Source: Wolbachia endosymbiont strain TRS of Brugia malayi (GTDB lineage: Bacteria > Pseudomonadota > Alphaproteobacteria > Rickettsiales > Anaplasmataceae). Taken from it: DNA of 32,000 nt. The notes below the pieces were generated by a model. The model was not told the DNA's origin. It made no database searches and saw only the letters and a list, made by a program, of their open reading frames with translations. The position numbers and the translations under genes were made by a program. Below are positions 29,200-32,000 of the stretch, one piece after another. The first letter of the stretch is position 1. Every line of letters starts with the position of its first letter. Where the stretch lies: the NCBI RefSeq assembly GCF_000008385.1, contig NC_006833.1:690001-722000 (forward strand), in the 5' to 3' direction.

Positions 29200-30100
29200 G
29201 TATGAAACGAAAGCAATAAAAGAAAACACAATAAAAACTAGGAAAGAGTTTATAGAAGTTCAAAACGGGATGTGGATTCAAAAGATAGTGATGTTGAACC
29301 CAAAGAGCAATGTAGATAACAGAAAGAAAAAGCATATAGTTTATTTCTCAGAACTTACATATACTTCCGCAAAAGAATCAGACGAAGATAAAAGCGAATT
29401 GAATTGAACCGCGTCGAAGCAGGTATGGATGTTCACTTCATTAATTTTCCTGGTTCTGGAAAAAGCAAAGGCCATTCTTTAAATGGGTAGATCGAGTAAA
29501 TACAGGTATCGAAGTTATTTCAGATCTTTTAAAACGAGGCATTCGTTCAGACAACATAGTGTTATATGGTAGTTGCACTGGAAGACCGACAGCTGCTGAG
29601 GTTTATAAAAAGTTTAAAGATGACAATATCCATTTAAGGTGCATTATTAATAAATCCTTCAGCTCACTTAAAAAACTTTTAGTTAATTTATTACACATAT
29701 CAAAACCTAAATAGCCATTTCCCCCTATAATAGAATTTGTACTTAAGTGTTTTGGGTAGCATTTTAAGCCACACACGACAACTAATGACATTACTCCATA
29801 CACAATTTGTTCAATTTAGAAAACGACAGACTTATAAGTCAACAGGCAGCTATAGGTGCTAAAATTGCTGATATAGAAAAAAAGACTATCAGAAAAAAGA
29901 AAAATTTTGAAGGTTTTGAACAATTACAAAGAGTTTCTCATAGAGAATACTAACTTACCTGAAATACCCAGAGCAAAAAATCCTGAACCTAAAGTTGGAG
30001 TAACAAAAAAACGCCGAATAAGTTTTTATCATTACTACCTATTAAAACAACAACATTCACTTTTTTCTAATTACAGAGTTACATTCATCAAATAAACATA
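29200..30100 (+). pseudogene. alpha/beta-hydrolase-like gene, multiply disrupted
   Basis: Plus-strand frames give KKKHIVYFSELTYTSAKESDEDKSELN*, RVEAGMDVHFINFPGSGKSKGHS, WVDRVNTGIEVISDLLKRGIRSDNIVLYGSCTGRPTAAEVYKKF, which is the layout of an alpha/beta hydrolase around the nucleophile elbow (here G-S-C-T-G). The downstream part (29907-30095 ORF) is unassignable. Boundaries are approximate. Confidence 0.4.
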
Positions 30101-30388
30101 ACTACACTCTCCCTAAGCTGATTTCACTCTTTTTAGAACTCACAGATAACTATTTTGAAAGGAAGGTTCACTCAATCAAGGGCATGCAAAAGAAAGACTC
30201 ACACAAGAACAAGAATCCAAAATTTATTCCAAACATATAAACTAGATGTCAGAAGTAAATATTTCAGATTCATCAAAAAAGAACTCATGCGTGACTTCTT
30301 ACATAACCCAAATTAAAATTTTAAAATTGGCGTTTTTTGTGTGCCCTTGAACTGCTTCAGCTATAAATATTAAGAAATTTATTAAATA

Positions 30389-30660
30389 AAAAAAGGCAAG
30401 AGAACCCCGAGGTAGCTAGTATTCACATTCTCCCTTGTCAATTAAGCATTTTCTACTTTCTTAAACGCTTTATAAGCGCGTTTCGGCTTGTATGGGTAAA
30501 AATCAGACATATAAAAGGTATAAGGTGCACATAGTGCAAAAAATTAAATATGATACCCAATACCCTAAGCTTTTTTTCATTAACCTGTACAGATTGCAAA
30601 GATAAATGATTAGCCTCAGTATCACGATAAGGGGCTGCGAGGCTTGCCAAGTAGTTTTTT
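30389..30660. repeat. Dispersed ~270 bp non-coding repeat, copy B
   Basis: Collinear with 23574-23843 (see copy A). Lies ~230 bp downstream of the minus-strand ligA stop. The 65-codon ORF on its minus strand has no counterpart in copy A. Confidence 0.75.
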
Positions 30661-30892
30661 CGTCTTTAATAACGTTGTTATATGCCTAATGCACTACCAA
30701 AAACTATGTAAGAGATCTAATGCTAGAGAAGCAGGTCTACCCCCAATAAGAGAACCCTTGTATGATTTATAATGTTGCACTAAACCCTAGAAATAAGATA
30801 ACAAGTTAATAAAGAGTGCCTATAATCGGCAATTAGCCTTACTTATCTATAGAAATTGATATTAAAACTCGTGTACTACCTAAAAGGTATGG

Positions 30893-32000
30893 TTATTCGG
30901 ACACTTCCGAATTTATCATTCTGTACCACTGGTCTTCATTCAAAATTCCTACACCTAATTCCACTGCTTTTTTGTACTTATTTCCTGGTTTTTCTCCTGC
31001 AACTAGGTAGTCAATTTTAGCAGAAAGATTTGAGCTGACTTTTGCTCCTAGAGCTTTGGCTCTCACTTTCGCCTCTCCTCTACTCATAGTAAGTAGTTTA
31101 CCGGTAAACACTATGACTTTATTATTTAAAACAGAATTACTAGAGTTGGAGTTCACAGAAAGGATTTGAAGATAATCAGTAAGATCCTTCAACATTTTGA
31201 TGTTATGTTCTTTAGAAAAAAAAGATTTCAAAGACTCAGCCACTTTTTCCCCTATGCCATCTATACCTACTAGCTCATCACTAAAAGACTTGGCTATTTT
31301 CTTCTCTACGCCACCTACACCCACTTCAGCATCATTTGATAACAGTTTTATCATCGAATTATACCAGTTATTATAAGAAACATAATAATTTGCAAGCAAT
31401 TCTGCTGCAACTTGGCCAATAAATCTAATACCTAAAGAAAATATAAACCTATCTAGAGTTATTACCCTTCTGTTTTGTATAGCATTTAATAAATTAGCTA
31501 TTGACCTCTCGCCCCAATCAGGCTGTTCTTTTAGACTAAACTCATTCAACCTTTCTTCTAAGTTAAAAATATCGGGAATTTGTTTTATTAGACCAAGGTC
31601 ATAAAAAAACTTTATCTGTTTTTCACCAAGGCCAAAAATATCAAATGCACCTTTCGATACAAAATGACTTAATTTTCCTATTATTTGAGCTTTACAGGTT
31701 AATTCCTCAGAGCATCTTATTGCCGCTCCTTCAGCTTGCACTTTACCACCACATTCAGGGCATATCTCAGGAAATACAAATCCAGGTGCATCTGCGTGAC
31801 GAGAACCTTTATCTACTCTAACAATTTGGGGAATCACGTCCCCTGCTCTCTTGATTGTTACAATATCTCCTTCTCTTACGTCTTTACGTTTTATTTCATC
31901 TTGGTTATGCAAATTTGCCCTACTTACTAGCACTCCGCCAATATTGACTGGTATTAAATCTGCAACTGGAGTTAATACTCCTGTCCTACCCACCTGTATA
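30893..32000 (-). CDS. ligA: NAD-dependent DNA ligase LigA, C-terminal part (gene continues beyond the window end)
   Basis: The reading frame is open to the window edge (..[11 protein letters not shown] is the OB-fold region). Zn finger CPECGGKV...IRC..ELTC, HhH repeats, and a C-terminal BRCT domain ([45 protein letters not shown]). Confidence 0.95.
   Translation of the reverse strand, partial: IQVGRTGVLTPVADLIPVNIGGVLVSRANLHNQDEIKRKDVREGDIVTIKRAGDVIPQIVRVDKGSRHADAPGFVFPEICPECGGKVQAEGAAIRCSEELTCKAQIIGKLSHFVSKGAFDIFGLGEKQIKFFYDLGLIKQIPDIFNLEERLNEFSLKEQPDWGERSIANLLNAIQNRRVITLDRFIFSLGIRFIGQVAAELLANYYVSYNNWYNSMIKLLSNDAEVGVGGVEKKIAKSFSDELVGIDGIGEKVAESLKSFFSKEHNIKMLKDLTDYLQILSVNSNSSNSVLNNKVIVFTGKLLTMSRGEAKVRAKALGAKVSSNLSAKIDYLVAGEKPGNKYKKAVELGVGILNEDQWYRMINSEVSE

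Noticed and set aside
25863-30250. 4.4 kb ORF-poor stretch considered as a possible novel accessory, defence or toxin island
   Set aside because: Essentially all of it resolves into frameshifted remnants of known metabolic families (CADD-like, FolB, HPPK, DHPS, DHFR, CofE-like) plus one hydrolase-like gene. No nuclease, ATPase, toxin, or repeat-array signature was found.
30453-30650. 65-codon minus-strand ORF inside repeat copy B
   Set aside because: The homologous copy A (23574-23843) has no corresponding open frame, so the conservation is at the nucleotide level, not the protein level.
1-32000. Scan for CRISPR arrays, tandem repeats, rRNA, tRNA, tmRNA, intact IS elements and prophage genes
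   Set aside because: No regularly spaced direct repeats were seen. No intergenic segment has tRNA-like T-arm (GTTCGA/GTTCAA-type) or acceptor pairing, and there is no transposase or phage structural ORF. A visual scan is not decisive for small RNAs. tRNAscan/Infernal would be needed to exclude them formally.

Overview
This is an AT-rich, gene-dense chromosomal segment. Its gene content and order are typical of Rickettsiales and look most like a Wolbachia-type endosymbiont: rpsP-ispB-grpE-trpS; nusA>infB>rbfA>ubiA on the minus strand; putA; acnA; secB divergent from Tim44-like-dnaQ-SCO1; an NDUFS4-like gene; ligA. That assignment is inference, since no database search was possible. About 19 apparently intact housekeeping genes are interspersed with roughly 9-10 kb of eroded genes, by my own coordinates. 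The eroded genes are: a 1.5 kb Lys/Pro-rich gene of unknown function; a near full-length RND efflux pump; a small membrane/acidic-tail gene; an Rpn-type PD-(D/E)XK nuclease gene with two in-frame TAA stops; an alpha/beta-hydrolase-like gene; and a 3.1 kb six-gene folate operon. The folate operon is the most notable item. It is of the Chlamydia type (CADD/PqqC-like putative pABA synthase, folB, folK, folP, folA, CofE-like folC2), and every member is broken. The one structure not explained by genes is a pair of ~270 bp diverged direct-orientation repeats (23574-23843 and 30389-30660). Each lies downstream of a minus-strand gene, and they share a hairpin that shows two compensatory base-pair changes. 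I found no CRISPR array, rRNA, tRNA, intact mobile element, or recognisable defence or toxin system. I cannot support a claim that this window holds a novel multi-gene system. The unexplained items are the repeat pair and two decayed ORFs with no recognisable family.
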